The position numbers were made by a program, and so were the translations under genes. Source: a virus (lineage: Duplodnaviria > Caudoviricetes). From it: a stretch of 58,770 nt of DNA. Every line of letters begins with the position of its first letter. The first letter of the stretch is position 1. Below are positions 28,763 through 39,182 of the stretch, piece after piece. The stretch is from the IMG/VR virus record IMGVR_UViG_3300045999_011096, positions 1 through 58,770 of that record; one strand, written 5' to 3'. The notes under the pieces were generated by a model. That model saw nothing but the letters and a program-made list of their open reading frames with translations, was not told the DNA's origin and did not search any database.

Positions 28763-29565
28763 CAACTGGCGCACTGATATTTGCATTCAACAATGAGCAT
28801 ATTGACTATGTCAAAATGGCTGCCTGGAATGCCAAAAATATTCGCAGACATCTAGGTATACCCACAGCCATTGTTACAGACGCAGATCCCACAGACCCTA
28901 GACTCAATGATGTTGATAAAGTGATTGCAAGTTCAGCACAGTCTGGTGGCACACGTTGGTTTGAAGATTATGATGCCACAGTGTCATGGTACAATGCTGG
29001 TAGAACTGATGCTTATCAACTTTCTCCCTGGGATCGCACTGTTGTGCTGGATGCTGATTATGTGGTGGCCAGTGGCCAACTCCAAGTTGCAATTGAAAGC
29101 CATCAAGAATTTTTGTCTCATGATGCTGCCTTTGACGTAACTGGTGTCAACGATTTTCAAGAGCTAAATCATTATGGCATGTATCGCATGCCAATGAGTT
29201 GGGCCACAGTGATGATTTTCAGTCGCAGCCAGCATGTTGAATTGATTTTTGACTGCATGCAAATGATCAAGAACAACTGGCAGCACTATAAAAATGTCTA
29301 CAGAAATGTCAGCAGCACTTATCGAAATGATCATGCCTTGAGCATAGCACTGCATATTGTGAATGGACAAACATTGTCTGCGCCGTCGATGCCTTGGAAA
29401 TTGGCCAGCGTCACGCCCGAGCATGAAGTTTTACAAATTGCCAAAGATTGTTATCGAATCAACTATCAGGATCAGGAACACCGTGCCCGCTGGGTCACAT
29501 TGAACAATCAGGACTTTCATGCCATGGGCAAGCAACACCTGGAGAAAATAATTGAAACCCATTGA
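28759..29565 (+). CDS. GT-A fold glycosyltransferase-like protein (GT8-like)
   Basis: GALIFAFN..DYVKMA start, TVVLDADY (DxD), RNDHALSIA, FHAMGK. Confidence 0.7.
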   Translation: MTTGALIFAFNNEHIDYVKMAAWNAKNIRRHLGIPTAIVTDADPTDPRLNDVDKVIASSAQSGGTRWFEDYDATVSWYNAGRTDAYQLSPWDRTVVLDADYVVASGQLQVAIESHQEFLSHDAAFDVTGVNDFQELNHYGMYRMPMSWATVMIFSRSQHVELIFDCMQMIKNNWQHYKNVYRNVSSTYRNDHALSIALHIVNGQTLSAPSMPWKLASVTPEHEVLQIAKDCYRINYQDQEHRARWVTLNNQDFHAMGKQHLEKIIETH

Positions 29566-30340
29566 AGAACACGGCTACTTGATAGTGGCCACAAACACTG
29601 TGTGCACAGACTATGTGGATTGCAGTGTGACCCTGGCCAAGACCATCAAGTACTGGCATCCTGATGCTAAAATTTGTTTGTTGACCAACAGCACAGAAAA
29701 TCCAGCATCGCATTTGTTTGATTATGTGCGTGAATTTCCTTTCCCCATCACAGTGGAAAATCCCTATGCCAACGACTGGCAAGTATTTCATGCCACTCCA
29801 TTTAGAGAAACCATCAAACTTGAAGCAGACATGCTGATAACCAGCCCAGTTGATCACTGGTGGACCATGCTGAGAAATCGTGATGTTGTGGTCAGCACTG
29901 GTTGCAGAGACTGGAAAGACCGCAGAGCCAGTGCTAGACATTATCGTCAGGTGTTTGATGCCAACCATCTTCCCGATGTTTACAACGCTATCACGTATTG
30001 GAGATTGAGTGAAACAGCACAAGAGTTTTTTGTGACAGTTCGCAACATTTTTGAAAATTGGCCACATTACCGAGCCATGCTGAAGTTCCCCGAAGCTGCG
30101 CCGTCAACTGATGTTGTGTATGCCATGGCCGCTCAACTAATTGGACCCGAACGCTGCACCATGCCATTTGCAAGTTATCCCACCATCATTCACATGAAAC
30201 GGCACATCCAGCACTCGCAACGCGAGGATTGGACTGAAGAAATGCTGTGGGAGTATCGTGACTATGAACTGCGAGTCAACACCGTGATGCAACACGGGGC
30301 ATTTCACTACCATGTCAAGGATTGGCATCGTGAACGCTGA
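29552..30340 (+). CDS. GT-A fold glycosyltransferase-like protein (GT8-like paralogue)
   Basis: GYLIVA..DYV, TPFRETIKLEADML (ExD variant), TDVVYAMA, HMK. Confidence 0.7.
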   Translation: MKPIEEHGYLIVATNTVCTDYVDCSVTLAKTIKYWHPDAKICLLTNSTENPASHLFDYVREFPFPITVENPYANDWQVFHATPFRETIKLEADMLITSPVDHWWTMLRNRDVVVSTGCRDWKDRRASARHYRQVFDANHLPDVYNAITYWRLSETAQEFFVTVRNIFENWPHYRAMLKFPEAAPSTDVVYAMAAQLIGPERCTMPFASYPTIIHMKRHIQHSQREDWTEEMLWEYRDYELRVNTVMQHGAFHYHVKDWHRER

Positions 30341-30662
30341 AGAATTTTGGGCCATACTGCATGCCATGCCTGAGCCCCGGCCGGCATCGTGGCGCCTGTA
30401 CCACAATGCAGCAGGTGAGCCAATTACCTACAGCATGGAGGATTTGCCCGGTACATACATTGAAGTTGATGCAGAGACCTTTGCCAGAACACCATGGAAC
30501 GTGCGAGTACAGGCGGGAAAACTGGTTGAGCGCAAACCTCAATATTATCGATATCAACCAGCAGACACCGGCACGGCCTGTCATCCCGACAATGTGCTGA
30601 TAGTGGTGCCTGAATCGCAGCCACACCAAAAATGGAAACTAAAAACTTATGAAGCAAATTGA
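30330..30662 (+). CDS. Hypothetical protein
   Basis: Coupled between GT genes; start is either GTG 30330 or ATG 30312. Confidence 0.65.
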   Translation: MNAEEFWAILHAMPEPRPASWRLYHNAAGEPITYSMEDLPGTYIEVDAETFARTPWNVRVQAGKLVERKPQYYRYQPADTGTACHPDNVLIVVPESQPHQKWKLKTYEAN

Positions 30663-31575
30663 CGTTGCAGATCTAGATTGCATATATTTGACATATGACG
30701 AACCTGAAAAAGAACAGTATTGGATCAAAATTAAGAACATGGTGCCTTGGGCAAAACGGGTGGATGGCGTTAAAGGCAGCGATGCTGCTCACAAAGCGGC
30801 GGCCGCATCGAGTGATACTGATCGATTCATTCTCATTGATGGGGACAATATCCCCGATCCGTCGTTTTTTAATCAAACGCTTGTTCTTCCTGATCAAGAA
30901 TATGAGAACGCTGTGTTCCGGTGGCGGGCACGTAATCATGTCAATGGACTGATGTATGGTAACGGTGGCTTGAGTTCATGGACTCGGGACTATGTCATGA
31001 ACATGCGCACACACGAAAACACCGACGGACGCAATGAAACTGTGGTGGAGTTTTGTTTTGATCCCCGGTACTGGGCCATGCATGACTGCTATTCAACAAC
31101 ATATCCCAATCAATCACCATTCCACGCCTGGCGTGCCGGATTTCGCGAAGGTGTAAAAATGTGCTTGAATCAAGGTGCCAAGCCCACAGTGCAGGATTTC
31201 CGACAACGTGTGCATCAACGCAATCTTGACCACTTGACCATATGGCACAACGTAGGCACAGATGTTGAGCATGGCATGTGGTGCATTGCCGGCTCAAGAA
31301 TGGGCACTTACATGACCATGCTCACCAATGTAGACTATGTCATGGTGCAGGATTTTGAACGCCTGCGTGAGCTGTGGGACACGGTTCGAGACAGTGATCC
31401 TCGCTTGTTGGCCAATCGTGTGGCAGAAGAACTGGGCACCGCGCTGGATTTACCACTTGCAATGTTAGAAGCAGAGCAAAGTCGTTTTTTTAAACATCAC
31501 TATCGATCAAACTTTGTCAACCGTGGTATCATGGTCAGAGAAATAGATGTTATACGTCAACAAGAAGGCTGGTGA
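30649..31575 (+). CDS. GT-A fold (GT2-like) glycosyltransferase
   Basis: CIYLTYDEP, GVKGSDAAHKAAA, FILIDGDN (DxD), AWRAGFREGVKM. Confidence 0.7.
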   Translation: MKQIDVADLDCIYLTYDEPEKEQYWIKIKNMVPWAKRVDGVKGSDAAHKAAAASSDTDRFILIDGDNIPDPSFFNQTLVLPDQEYENAVFRWRARNHVNGLMYGNGGLSSWTRDYVMNMRTHENTDGRNETVVEFCFDPRYWAMHDCYSTTYPNQSPFHAWRAGFREGVKMCLNQGAKPTVQDFRQRVHQRNLDHLTIWHNVGTDVEHGMWCIAGSRMGTYMTMLTNVDYVMVQDFERLRELWDTVRDSDPRLLANRVAEELGTALDLPLAMLEAEQSRFFKHHYRSNFVNRGIMVREIDVIRQQEGW

Positions 31576-32260
31576 TTTTATTGGCCAATGCCAAATGAGT
31601 TCTTGGACCGTAATGGAATCCATCTCGTGCAAAGTCCAACTGAGTCTCTGGAGTGATCACATTTGTACCTAATTCAGCATAGTCAATTGCTTGATCGTGC
31701 CAGTTGTGTATAAAACTATGTACCAGTTTGGTATCACCTGCTAGGGCTTGTATTGTTTGAAAGTTTGCGAACCAATTTTGATAATTTTCTTCAGAAGAGT
31801 AAAGTGGCTCACATTCTGTGCGCTCATCATCATGCCAATCTGGCTGAGGTCGTTCTCTTCGATGACTGAATGTATAATGTATTACAGTGGCTCTGGGTTG
31901 AAATAATTGCAGTAGTTGTTGAAGTTTTCTTGCTATCCAATCGTTACTGGCACCGTTTAGGCTGAAATTCAGCACCTGATGAGACAGTTGTTGTTCTAAT
32001 ATATCTGTATAACGATCTTGAATGTTGTTGCCCAGCCCTAGTGTGAAGCTATCTCCCAGCACCAGAATAGCGTTGCGTTTAAATTTGTTAACAGAGTGAG
32101 TTCTAAACCCAACTTCGTTGAATTGATAATGCACAGGAGGATGTTGATCAAACAGTTGGCGATTGAAACAATGAGTCAGACTGTCCAAACCAAGACATTC
32201 AGTTTGTAAGTTAGCATAAAAAGGAATTGCTATATGTTGTTGAACAAAATCTATGTACAT
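31550..32260 (-). CDS. SGNH/GDSL-like protein
   Basis: FNEVGFR, LGDSFTLG (block I), NFSLNGASN (block II), DGFHYG (block V). Confidence 0.7.
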   Translation of the reverse strand: MYIDFVQQHIAIPFYANLQTECLGLDSLTHCFNRQLFDQHPPVHYQFNEVGFRTHSVNKFKRNAILVLGDSFTLGLGNNIQDRYTDILEQQLSHQVLNFSLNGASNDWIARKLQQLLQLFQPRATVIHYTFSHRRERPQPDWHDDERTECEPLYSSEENYQNWFANFQTIQALAGDTKLVHSFIHNWHDQAIDYAELGTNVITPETQLDFARDGFHYGPRTHLALANKITSLLVDV

Positions 32261-32265
32261 AAATA
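32260..32265 (+). promoter_or_regulatory. Putative late promoter (TAAATA) heading the sulfotransferase/radical SAM operon
   Basis: CATAAATA at the 14-bp divergent gap, 9 nt before the ATG at 32275. Confidence 0.55.
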
Positions 32266-32274
32266 TTTTTCACA

Positions 32275-33366
32275 ATGAATGTTTTAATACTTACTCCTGA
32301 TCGCGTGGGGTCGACTTTATTGCAACGATTGATCACAATCTATGCAAACCTCAACGAAAACTACAGTCCGTTAACTATCAATTTACATGAATTGACCAAC
32401 GGATTGGTCACCTATGAGCATGATACATTCAAACAAAGTGTGCTGGGCAAAAAAGAAGGTGCATGGGGATATCATCAAACTCTGCAAACTGTTGCGGGCA
32501 TGATTGACACCTGTGGGCATGACGTAGTGAGTCGACTGGCACACTACCACATAAAAAATCGCCGCGACCCAACTGAAGACCAATTGGCGTTTTATCGATA
32601 TCTAAATGAAAATTTTTATATTATTGCGGCCCGCCGAGAAAATCTATTTGAACATGCCATGAGTTGGTGTATTGCTGTAGAGTCCAAGAAGTTAAATGTA
32701 TATTCGTTTGAAGAAAAATACAAAACCTACAACAATATTTTACAGAACCCTGTGACAGTACAGGCCGAAATGGTCGAAAAGTATTTGAATCAATACCAAG
32801 AATACATGGACTGGGTAGATGCTCATTTTCAAGTGAACAATTACTTTGAATACGAGCGAGACTTGCCCAACATAGAACAATACATATTGAATTTGCGAGT
32901 GTTCCAACAGCGCAAGAAACCCTTGACCTGGGCAGACCGTTGGGACATTTCTTGGGCTGATTGGAACCGTATGCACTATTTGTTGAGTCTGGTGCCATTT
33001 GATCATGAATTCAGTTCCGAGGAGACCAAGTTCATGAGCAACAACATTGACTTGTATACCAAGTGCAGAGTTGACATACAAGACTTACAAGATCTGGGAG
33101 TACTGGTTTCTGGTGTGCCTATCAAATTGCATACCTTGCATCAGAAGACACAACTGATTGCCAATGCTCCTGAATGTTTGTTGAGTTATAACAAATGGAC
33201 ACAACAAAATGAAACACCGTATGCTGTGCCTTATACTCCTGAACACATGAATCAAATTGCCCTGTCAGAACACATTAAATGGACACACGGGCACGGTAAT
33301 CGATTGAGTTACAGTGACATAAGTGAACAAAAGTTACTGAGCAGTGACCTCAAAGGATTTGAATGA
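32275..33366 (+). CDS. P-loop sulfotransferase-like protein
   Basis: LILTPDRVGSTLLQ (5'-phosphosulfate-binding-loop-like) and AARRENLFEHAMSW (3'-phosphate-binding-like, as in Stf0-type enzymes); YE.D motif. Confidence 0.55.
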   Translation: MNVLILTPDRVGSTLLQRLITIYANLNENYSPLTINLHELTNGLVTYEHDTFKQSVLGKKEGAWGYHQTLQTVAGMIDTCGHDVVSRLAHYHIKNRRDPTEDQLAFYRYLNENFYIIAARRENLFEHAMSWCIAVESKKLNVYSFEEKYKTYNNILQNPVTVQAEMVEKYLNQYQEYMDWVDAHFQVNNYFEYERDLPNIEQYILNLRVFQQRKKPLTWADRWDISWADWNRMHYLLSLVPFDHEFSSEETKFMSNNIDLYTKCRVDIQDLQDLGVLVSGVPIKLHTLHQKTQLIANAPECLLSYNKWTQQNETPYAVPYTPEHMNQIALSEHIKWTHGHGNRLSYSDISEQKLLSSDLKGFE

Positions 33367-34067
33367 TTATTGCATTCTATCCTGGTGCCGGAGGCAACAG
33401 ATACCTACAACGACTGTTGGGCAATGACTGGACCAAACCCCACACAAGTTACGACCAGATCAATACCACACAACAATATCAACATCGGTATCTATTGGAT
33501 AATATAGCACACACCAATTCACAACACATATTAACACACTGCATGAACAGCCAAAAGATACAGCAGACATTCCCTGGGCATTCAATTGTGTTTATTCGCA
33601 GCAACCTACGTGCAAGTTTGCAAAGAGAATGGGCACTGCATGGACATGAGCGATACATGAATCAAACTCAAAAGACCACTACTGTGTCCAGACTCGAGCA
33701 CTATCAGGCTTTTCGAGCATCCCACTGGCCAGATATTGCCACTGAAGACCAAATTGATAAATTGCCCGCAAACATCATGCAAGAAGTTCAAAATGATTAT
33801 GCCAAGGTGATGAATAATACAATTCATACAGTACCCGACACGCTGATGCAATTGACTCAAAACACAATTGACAAAATTAATTCAGCATACGAAATCATCA
33901 GATGGCATCAGGATTACTATGATCGATACCCTGTAGACTTTTCTGATGCTGAACAAATAATCGATGTAGATAGTTATCATAACGAATTTTGTTTGCTAAT
34001 GCAAATAGAATTTGGTCGATATCACAGTGAAATATTCAATCAGGTATGGGATGCTGTCAATGAGTAA
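33363..34067 (+). CDS. Divergent sulfotransferase/P-loop-like protein carrying an inserted WPD module
   Basis: IIAFYPGAGGNRYL start; internal HYQAFRASHWPDIATEDQIDKLPANIMQEV. Confidence 0.45.
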   Translation: MIIAFYPGAGGNRYLQRLLGNDWTKPHTSYDQINTTQQYQHRYLLDNIAHTNSQHILTHCMNSQKIQQTFPGHSIVFIRSNLRASLQREWALHGHERYMNQTQKTTTVSRLEHYQAFRASHWPDIATEDQIDKLPANIMQEVQNDYAKVMNNTIHTVPDTLMQLTQNTIDKINSAYEIIRWHQDYYDRYPVDFSDAEQIIDVDSYHNEFCLLMQIEFGRYHSEIFNQVWDAVNE

Positions 34068-35430
34068 TAAAAGTGTTTTTATGGGCTCAGCAGAGCAAAT
34101 GCGGGACAAACTGAGCAACGCATTATGCCTGGCCAAGTGGAAACAGGTCAGCTTTCACTTGCCCACTGGACTCAACAACTCATGTTACCACCCTCCACTG
34201 CATCAAATATCTGTGGAGGATTTGAAACGCACTGGTGGCCTGCACAACACAGAATACAAAAAACAGCAACGTAAGTTGATGTTATCCGGTCAACGGCCCA
34301 GTGAATGTCAGTACTGTTGGAACATGGAAGACCTTGGTGAACTCAGTGATCGACACTATAGATCAGGGGAGCCCTGGGCAGCAGTAGACTTTGAAAAGAT
34401 AAAGAATTCAACCGGAGACGAAGATGACGTCATACCTAGCTATGTTGAGGTTAATTTTAATAACGCTTGTAACCTTAAGTGCAGTTATTGTAGTCCCCAG
34501 TTTAGTTCTAGCTGGGCCGACGAATCTAACCGTCATGGGGCTTATCCTACTTCTGCACCACATAATGCTCCTGAACATTTTACAGGGGCTAGACGTGTCA
34601 TTCCCGCTAGGGATCATAATCCCTATGTTGAAGCATTTTGGTCTTGGTGGCCCACGCTTTACCCTCAGCTTCGACACTTCCGCATGACTGGCGGCGAGCC
34701 CTTGATGGACCGAAATACCTATCGAGTGTTTGACTATGTGTTGGCCCTGCCCAAGCTAGACTTGCATTTAAACGTAACATCAAACTTTTCAGTGGAAGAT
34801 GCGCTGTTTGAACGGTATTTGGATTATGTCAAACGCTTGTGCAATACCCAAATAGAACACTTCATGCAGTATGTGAGCCTGGATTCAGGCAACGGTTTTC
34901 AAGCTGAATATATCAGACACGGCATGAGCGCAGATCGAGTGATATCCAATGTCAATCGCTATCTACACGAAGCCCCGTACCGCAACAGTTTGACGTTCAT
35001 TATCACAATGAACAATCTCAGTGTCAGTGGATTCCGCGAATACATGGAATGGATCTTGAGATTGCGTGAAAGTTACAGTAAGACATATCAGCGTGTGTGG
35101 TTTGACACACCGGTGCTGCGACAGCCTGTGTGGCAGAGCCTGCAGATCTTGCCCGAAAGCTATGCAGTGAAACTGGAACAGTGTGCAGACTGGATGGACA
35201 CCAAAGTCACCACAGACCTACATGGATTCCGTGATTACGAAGTGCAGCGGCTACGTAGAGACATTGCTTGGATGCGCGAAGGACAGTGTCAAGACAATTC
35301 TCAAGCTAAGGCAGATTTCTATCGTTTCTTTAGTGAACATGATCGCCGCCGGGGCACAGATTTTTTACGTGCATTTCCTGAAATGAAAAGCTGGTGGCAG
35401 GAATGTGAGTATCATGCTCGGCAATCGTAA
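34060..35430 (+). CDS. Radical SAM protein 1 with N-terminal Twitch/SPASM-like domain
   Basis: CLAKW..SCYHPP..CQYCW; CNLKCSYC; TGGEP. ATG at 34060 overlaps the end of the upstream gene. Confidence 0.9.
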   Translation: MSNKSVFMGSAEQMRDKLSNALCLAKWKQVSFHLPTGLNNSCYHPPLHQISVEDLKRTGGLHNTEYKKQQRKLMLSGQRPSECQYCWNMEDLGELSDRHYRSGEPWAAVDFEKIKNSTGDEDDVIPSYVEVNFNNACNLKCSYCSPQFSSSWADESNRHGAYPTSAPHNAPEHFTGARRVIPARDHNPYVEAFWSWWPTLYPQLRHFRMTGGEPLMDRNTYRVFDYVLALPKLDLHLNVTSNFSVEDALFERYLDYVKRLCNTQIEHFMQYVSLDSGNGFQAEYIRHGMSADRVISNVNRYLHEAPYRNSLTFIITMNNLSVSGFREYMEWILRLRESYSKTYQRVWFDTPVLRQPVWQSLQILPESYAVKLEQCADWMDTKVTTDLHGFRDYEVQRLRRDIAWMREGQCQDNSQAKADFYRFFSEHDRRRGTDFLRAFPEMKSWWQECEYHARQS

Positions 35431-36499
35431 ATTAATTCTAGATACCCACAGTGAAATTTACAGCATGATTAAAGATCATGCTGATGATATATTTTGGGAC
35501 CTGGGCCAACACGTCAAAAAGAATCAAGTTGTGCCCGGTGCAATATACGTGATCGGGCGGGAACAGATACGACGGTTTGGTCAACAGGTACGTGACATAA
35601 TCAATCAACACACCGTCAAAGTTGTGTTCAGCAATCCGCACGAAGGATCTGAAACTTTGAAAAATCACTGCCATTACTATGGCATTGCGGATCTAGTGCA
35701 GAATAGAAAAATAATATTGGTCGGCGGCGGCGACATGGATCATTCCTGGCCGCACATGCGGTATGACAGTTTCTTGCCCAAAGTTTTGGATTACGACGAA
35801 AATATTGAAGCCATTCAACGCTATCAAGATCTCTACAGTGTCAACAGACCCTATAAGTTTTTGTTTTTGAATGGGCGCAGTCGACCTCATAGAAAAGGCA
35901 TGATTGATCGCTTGAGTGGCGTGCTGGATTCAGCAATATGGAGCAACTTGGATTCGGGAAATGGCGCAATAAAGACCCTGCCCCGTCAATATGAAGTAGA
36001 AAGATTTTCAGTAGATGTTGATGCCAGTCAGGACAGCTTTGTAAAACAGCAGGTGTTTTCACCGGGCCACTGGGGCGATGTTATAATTCGAGCTGAGCCA
36101 TACTTGGACACCTATTTTAGTTTGGTATCAGAAACTGTGCACAGCTACCCCCATAGTTTTAGAACAGAAAAGATTTGGAAACCCATTGCTGTGGGCCATC
36201 CCTGGATTGCTGTGGCCAATCAGGGTTTTTATCGGGACCTGCACAATTTGGGTTTTAGAACTTTTGGCGATGTCATTGATGAAAGTTTTGACAACATAGA
36301 AGATAATGATCAACGCCTGGAGAGAGTGGCTGCTGTGGTTGAAGATTTATGCCGCAAGGATCTAGCAAGTTTCCTTGAATTGTGTTATACTACTTGTAAA
36401 TACAATCAACAACACCTAGCCGAAATGCGTACACGGGTACGTGAAGAATTTCCCAGCCGCTTTTTTGAGTTTGTAAAACAATACCAGTTCCATGAATGA
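35414..36499 (+). CDS. Glycosyltransferase-like protein (GT-B, GT10-like TEK motif)
   Basis: FLFLNGRSRPHR; SLVSET...RTEKIWKPIAVGHP...GFRTF..IDESFD; paralogue of 46533-47690. Confidence 0.55.
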   Translation: MLGNRKLILDTHSEIYSMIKDHADDIFWDLGQHVKKNQVVPGAIYVIGREQIRRFGQQVRDIINQHTVKVVFSNPHEGSETLKNHCHYYGIADLVQNRKIILVGGGDMDHSWPHMRYDSFLPKVLDYDENIEAIQRYQDLYSVNRPYKFLFLNGRSRPHRKGMIDRLSGVLDSAIWSNLDSGNGAIKTLPRQYEVERFSVDVDASQDSFVKQQVFSPGHWGDVIIRAEPYLDTYFSLVSETVHSYPHSFRTEKIWKPIAVGHPWIAVANQGFYRDLHNLGFRTFGDVIDESFDNIEDNDQRLERVAAVVEDLCRKDLASFLELCYTTCKYNQQHLAEMRTRVREEFPSRFFEFVKQYQFHE

Positions 36500-37832
36500 T
36501 TTAGAATTTCGCCAGCAGGTGCTGGATGAGTTATCTCCAAGTTTTTGTGCAGCCAAGTGGTACAACGCCACTATTTGGTTGGGTTCTGGTATGACAACAA
36601 GCTGCCATCACCCGCCGGCCCATTTGGTGGACAAAGATAAAGTCCAGGCCAACCCTAGGCTGCTGCACAATACTGATCAAAAGAAAGAGGATCGTAGAAA
36701 AATGCTGGCAGGAGAACGTCCTGCAGGTTGTGAGTATTGCTGGAAAATTGAAGACATGGGTCGCGACGCTGTGAGCGATCGTGTTTACAAATCAAAGATC
36801 TACCCCATTGAGGCCTTGCATGAAGCTAGAAATACGCCCGCAGATCAAGATGTCAACCTTCGTACACTGGAAATTGCTTTTGATCGCACTTGTCAGTTTG
36901 CTTGCAGCTACTGTAATCCAGCTTTTTCTACTACATGGGTTAATGATATTCGACGCAATGGTCCCTATCAACGCCTGGAGTCAGACGGCCGTAACCATTT
37001 TACTCACACTCATGATTCTGCTCAACCCTACAGCATTAGAGAGTCTAATCCATATGTTGATGCTTTTTTTGCATGGTGGGAGTCGGATCTGCATCGTAGT
37101 TTACAGGAGCTCAGAATCACAGGAGGAGAGCCCCTCATGTCTCACCACACATGGCGACTCATTGACTGGTTCCGGGATAACCAGGGCCGTAGTAAAACTC
37201 GTCTTGCCATCAACTCAAATCTGGGCCCACAAGTCGACGTTTACCGCTTGATAGATTCAACTGCGGGCATGCCAGTGGAAATCTACACTTCAATGGAAGC
37301 TGTGGGCACACGAGCAGAATACATCAGAGATGGCCTGGATTATGCACTGTGGCGCCAAAATGTACAGGCCTTGTTGGATGCCGGAATCACTGTGCATTGT
37401 ATGTCGACCATTAATGCCTTGTGTCTTACCACCCTGCCACAACTGCTCGATCAATTATTAAAGTGGAAATTCACACACGGGCGTGATCGGATCAATTTTA
37501 CATTAAATATACTACGCTTTCCCAGCTTTCAATCGCCATTGGTACTGCCTGGCCATTTGCGTGAACAGTTCCGGCAGGATCTGGTTCAATGGATGGTTGC
37601 TCATCGCGGCTTAAGCTGTTTGCATGAACACGAAATCCGTCACACACAACGCTTGATTGACTATTTGGATGTGGTCAAAACTCCACACTCAGATGCATTT
37701 GACCTGCCACGGTTGCATAACGATTTCCGCGAATTCTACACACAGTATGATCAACGCAGAAACAAAAACTTTGCTGTAGAATTTCCCGAACTAACAGAAT
37801 GGTATGACTCAATACAAATACAACAGCACTGA
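36492..37832 (+). CDS. Radical SAM protein 2 with N-terminal Twitch/SPASM-like domain
   Basis: CAAKW..SCHHPP..CEYCW; CQFACSYC; TGGEP. Confidence 0.9.
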   Translation: MNDLEFRQQVLDELSPSFCAAKWYNATIWLGSGMTTSCHHPPAHLVDKDKVQANPRLLHNTDQKKEDRRKMLAGERPAGCEYCWKIEDMGRDAVSDRVYKSKIYPIEALHEARNTPADQDVNLRTLEIAFDRTCQFACSYCNPAFSTTWVNDIRRNGPYQRLESDGRNHFTHTHDSAQPYSIRESNPYVDAFFAWWESDLHRSLQELRITGGEPLMSHHTWRLIDWFRDNQGRSKTRLAINSNLGPQVDVYRLIDSTAGMPVEIYTSMEAVGTRAEYIRDGLDYALWRQNVQALLDAGITVHCMSTINALCLTTLPQLLDQLLKWKFTHGRDRINFTLNILRFPSFQSPLVLPGHLREQFRQDLVQWMVAHRGLSCLHEHEIRHTQRLIDYLDVVKTPHSDAFDLPRLHNDFREFYTQYDQRRNKNFAVEFPELTEWYDSIQIQQH

Positions 37833-39066
37833 TCTAGTACGAGCAACTGAATTAACTGAACGTGAACAGTTCTTGTTAAAAGATAGCAAAACCTTTTGCA
37901 TCTATCCTTGGATTCATTTGCATGCTTATCCCACTGGAGAAGCCTATCCCTGTTGTCATGCTGAAATGAAGCCAGGTGTGGTAGGCAACTGTAAAACCAA
38001 TACACTTGAAGAAATATGGCACGGCGAGCCTATGCAGAAGCTACGTGCGGATATGCTGAGTGAAACACCACATGCTGCCTGCACACGCTGTTATGAACAG
38101 GAAGAATCAGGATTCTTTTCGGGACGTAGATCAGCCAACAAACATCACGGACATCATATCAAGAAGCTGGCAGAAAATCCTTTTGAAATGACTTATTGGG
38201 ATATTCGTTTCAGTAATCTTTGTAACTTAAAGTGTCGTTCATGCGGGCATATCTTTAGTTCACAGTGGTATCAAGATCAAGCACGACTTGCAGGACCAGA
38301 ATGGAAAGAGCAGAACACAGTGCTTAACTATGCAGGACGCACAGAAACAGACATATGGTCGCAACTGGAACCACACCTGGACTATGTGGAGCAGATATAC
38401 TTTGCTGGTGGCGAACCATTATTAATGGAAGAACACTATAACATCCTAGAAGAACTTGTCAAAAGAGGCCGCTTTGATGTGCGACTGATCTACAACACAA
38501 ACTTCACGCATACAGATCTAAAAGGACGCAGTGTATTTGAATACTGGCGTCAATTTGACAGTGTAGCAGTGGGCGCCAGTTTAGATGGCATGGGACACCC
38601 TGCTGAATACATACGCAAGGGCACCCGCTGGTACGACGTTGTGCAAAATCGTCATCAAATGATTGCAACATGTCCCAACGTAGATTTTTATATAAGTCCC
38701 ACGCTCAGTATATTGAATGCTTGGCATTTACCGCACTTTCATCGGGAATGGGTTGCAGCCGGCCTAATTCGCGCACAGGATCTGAATGTAAATATACTGC
38801 AAGATCCCCCATACTATCGCATAGACATTGCACCTGCTGAATACAAACAAAGACTGGAAGAGAAATACCGCAAGCATTTAGACTGGATGAGCGATCGAGA
38901 TCCACTAGGGCGTGCTACACAGGGATTTGAATCGGCCATTACATTTATGAACTCAACAAATAACACACACCTAATAGACTCATTCTGGCGCAGAACAACG
39001 GAATTGGATTCGATCAGAAATGAATCTTGGCAAAATGTATTACCAGAATTAGCGGCGCTAAAATGA
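37804..39066 (+). CDS. Radical SAM protein 3 with N-terminal Twitch/SPASM-like domain
   Basis: CIYPW..PCC..GNCKTNTLEEIW..CTRC; CNLKCRSC; AGGEP. Confidence 0.9.
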   Translation: MTQYKYNSTDLVRATELTEREQFLLKDSKTFCIYPWIHLHAYPTGEAYPCCHAEMKPGVVGNCKTNTLEEIWHGEPMQKLRADMLSETPHAACTRCYEQEESGFFSGRRSANKHHGHHIKKLAENPFEMTYWDIRFSNLCNLKCRSCGHIFSSQWYQDQARLAGPEWKEQNTVLNYAGRTETDIWSQLEPHLDYVEQIYFAGGEPLLMEEHYNILEELVKRGRFDVRLIYNTNFTHTDLKGRSVFEYWRQFDSVAVGASLDGMGHPAEYIRKGTRWYDVVQNRHQMIATCPNVDFYISPTLSILNAWHLPHFHREWVAAGLIRAQDLNVNILQDPPYYRIDIAPAEYKQRLEEKYRKHLDWMSDRDPLGRATQGFESAITFMNSTNNTHLIDSFWRRTTELDSIRNESWQNVLPELAALK

Positions 39067-39182
39067 GCACCTGGAAAGAATTTTACAATCACATACGAGA
39101 CGCTTCATGGCCTGATTGTGACGTAGAATCGGACTTTGCTGATTTGCCTGATAGAATTCAAAAAGAATGCCTGACATTATGA
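39063..39182 (+). CDS. 39-aa standalone WPD-module peptide, not in the ORF track (MSTWKEFYNHIRDASWPDCDVESDFADLPDRIQKECLTL)
   Basis: Hand-translated. ATGA overlaps at both ends (39063-39066 and 39179-39182); similar to a module inside 33363-34067. Confidence 0.8.
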   Translation: MSTWKEFYNHIRDASWPDCDVESDFADLPDRIQKECLTL

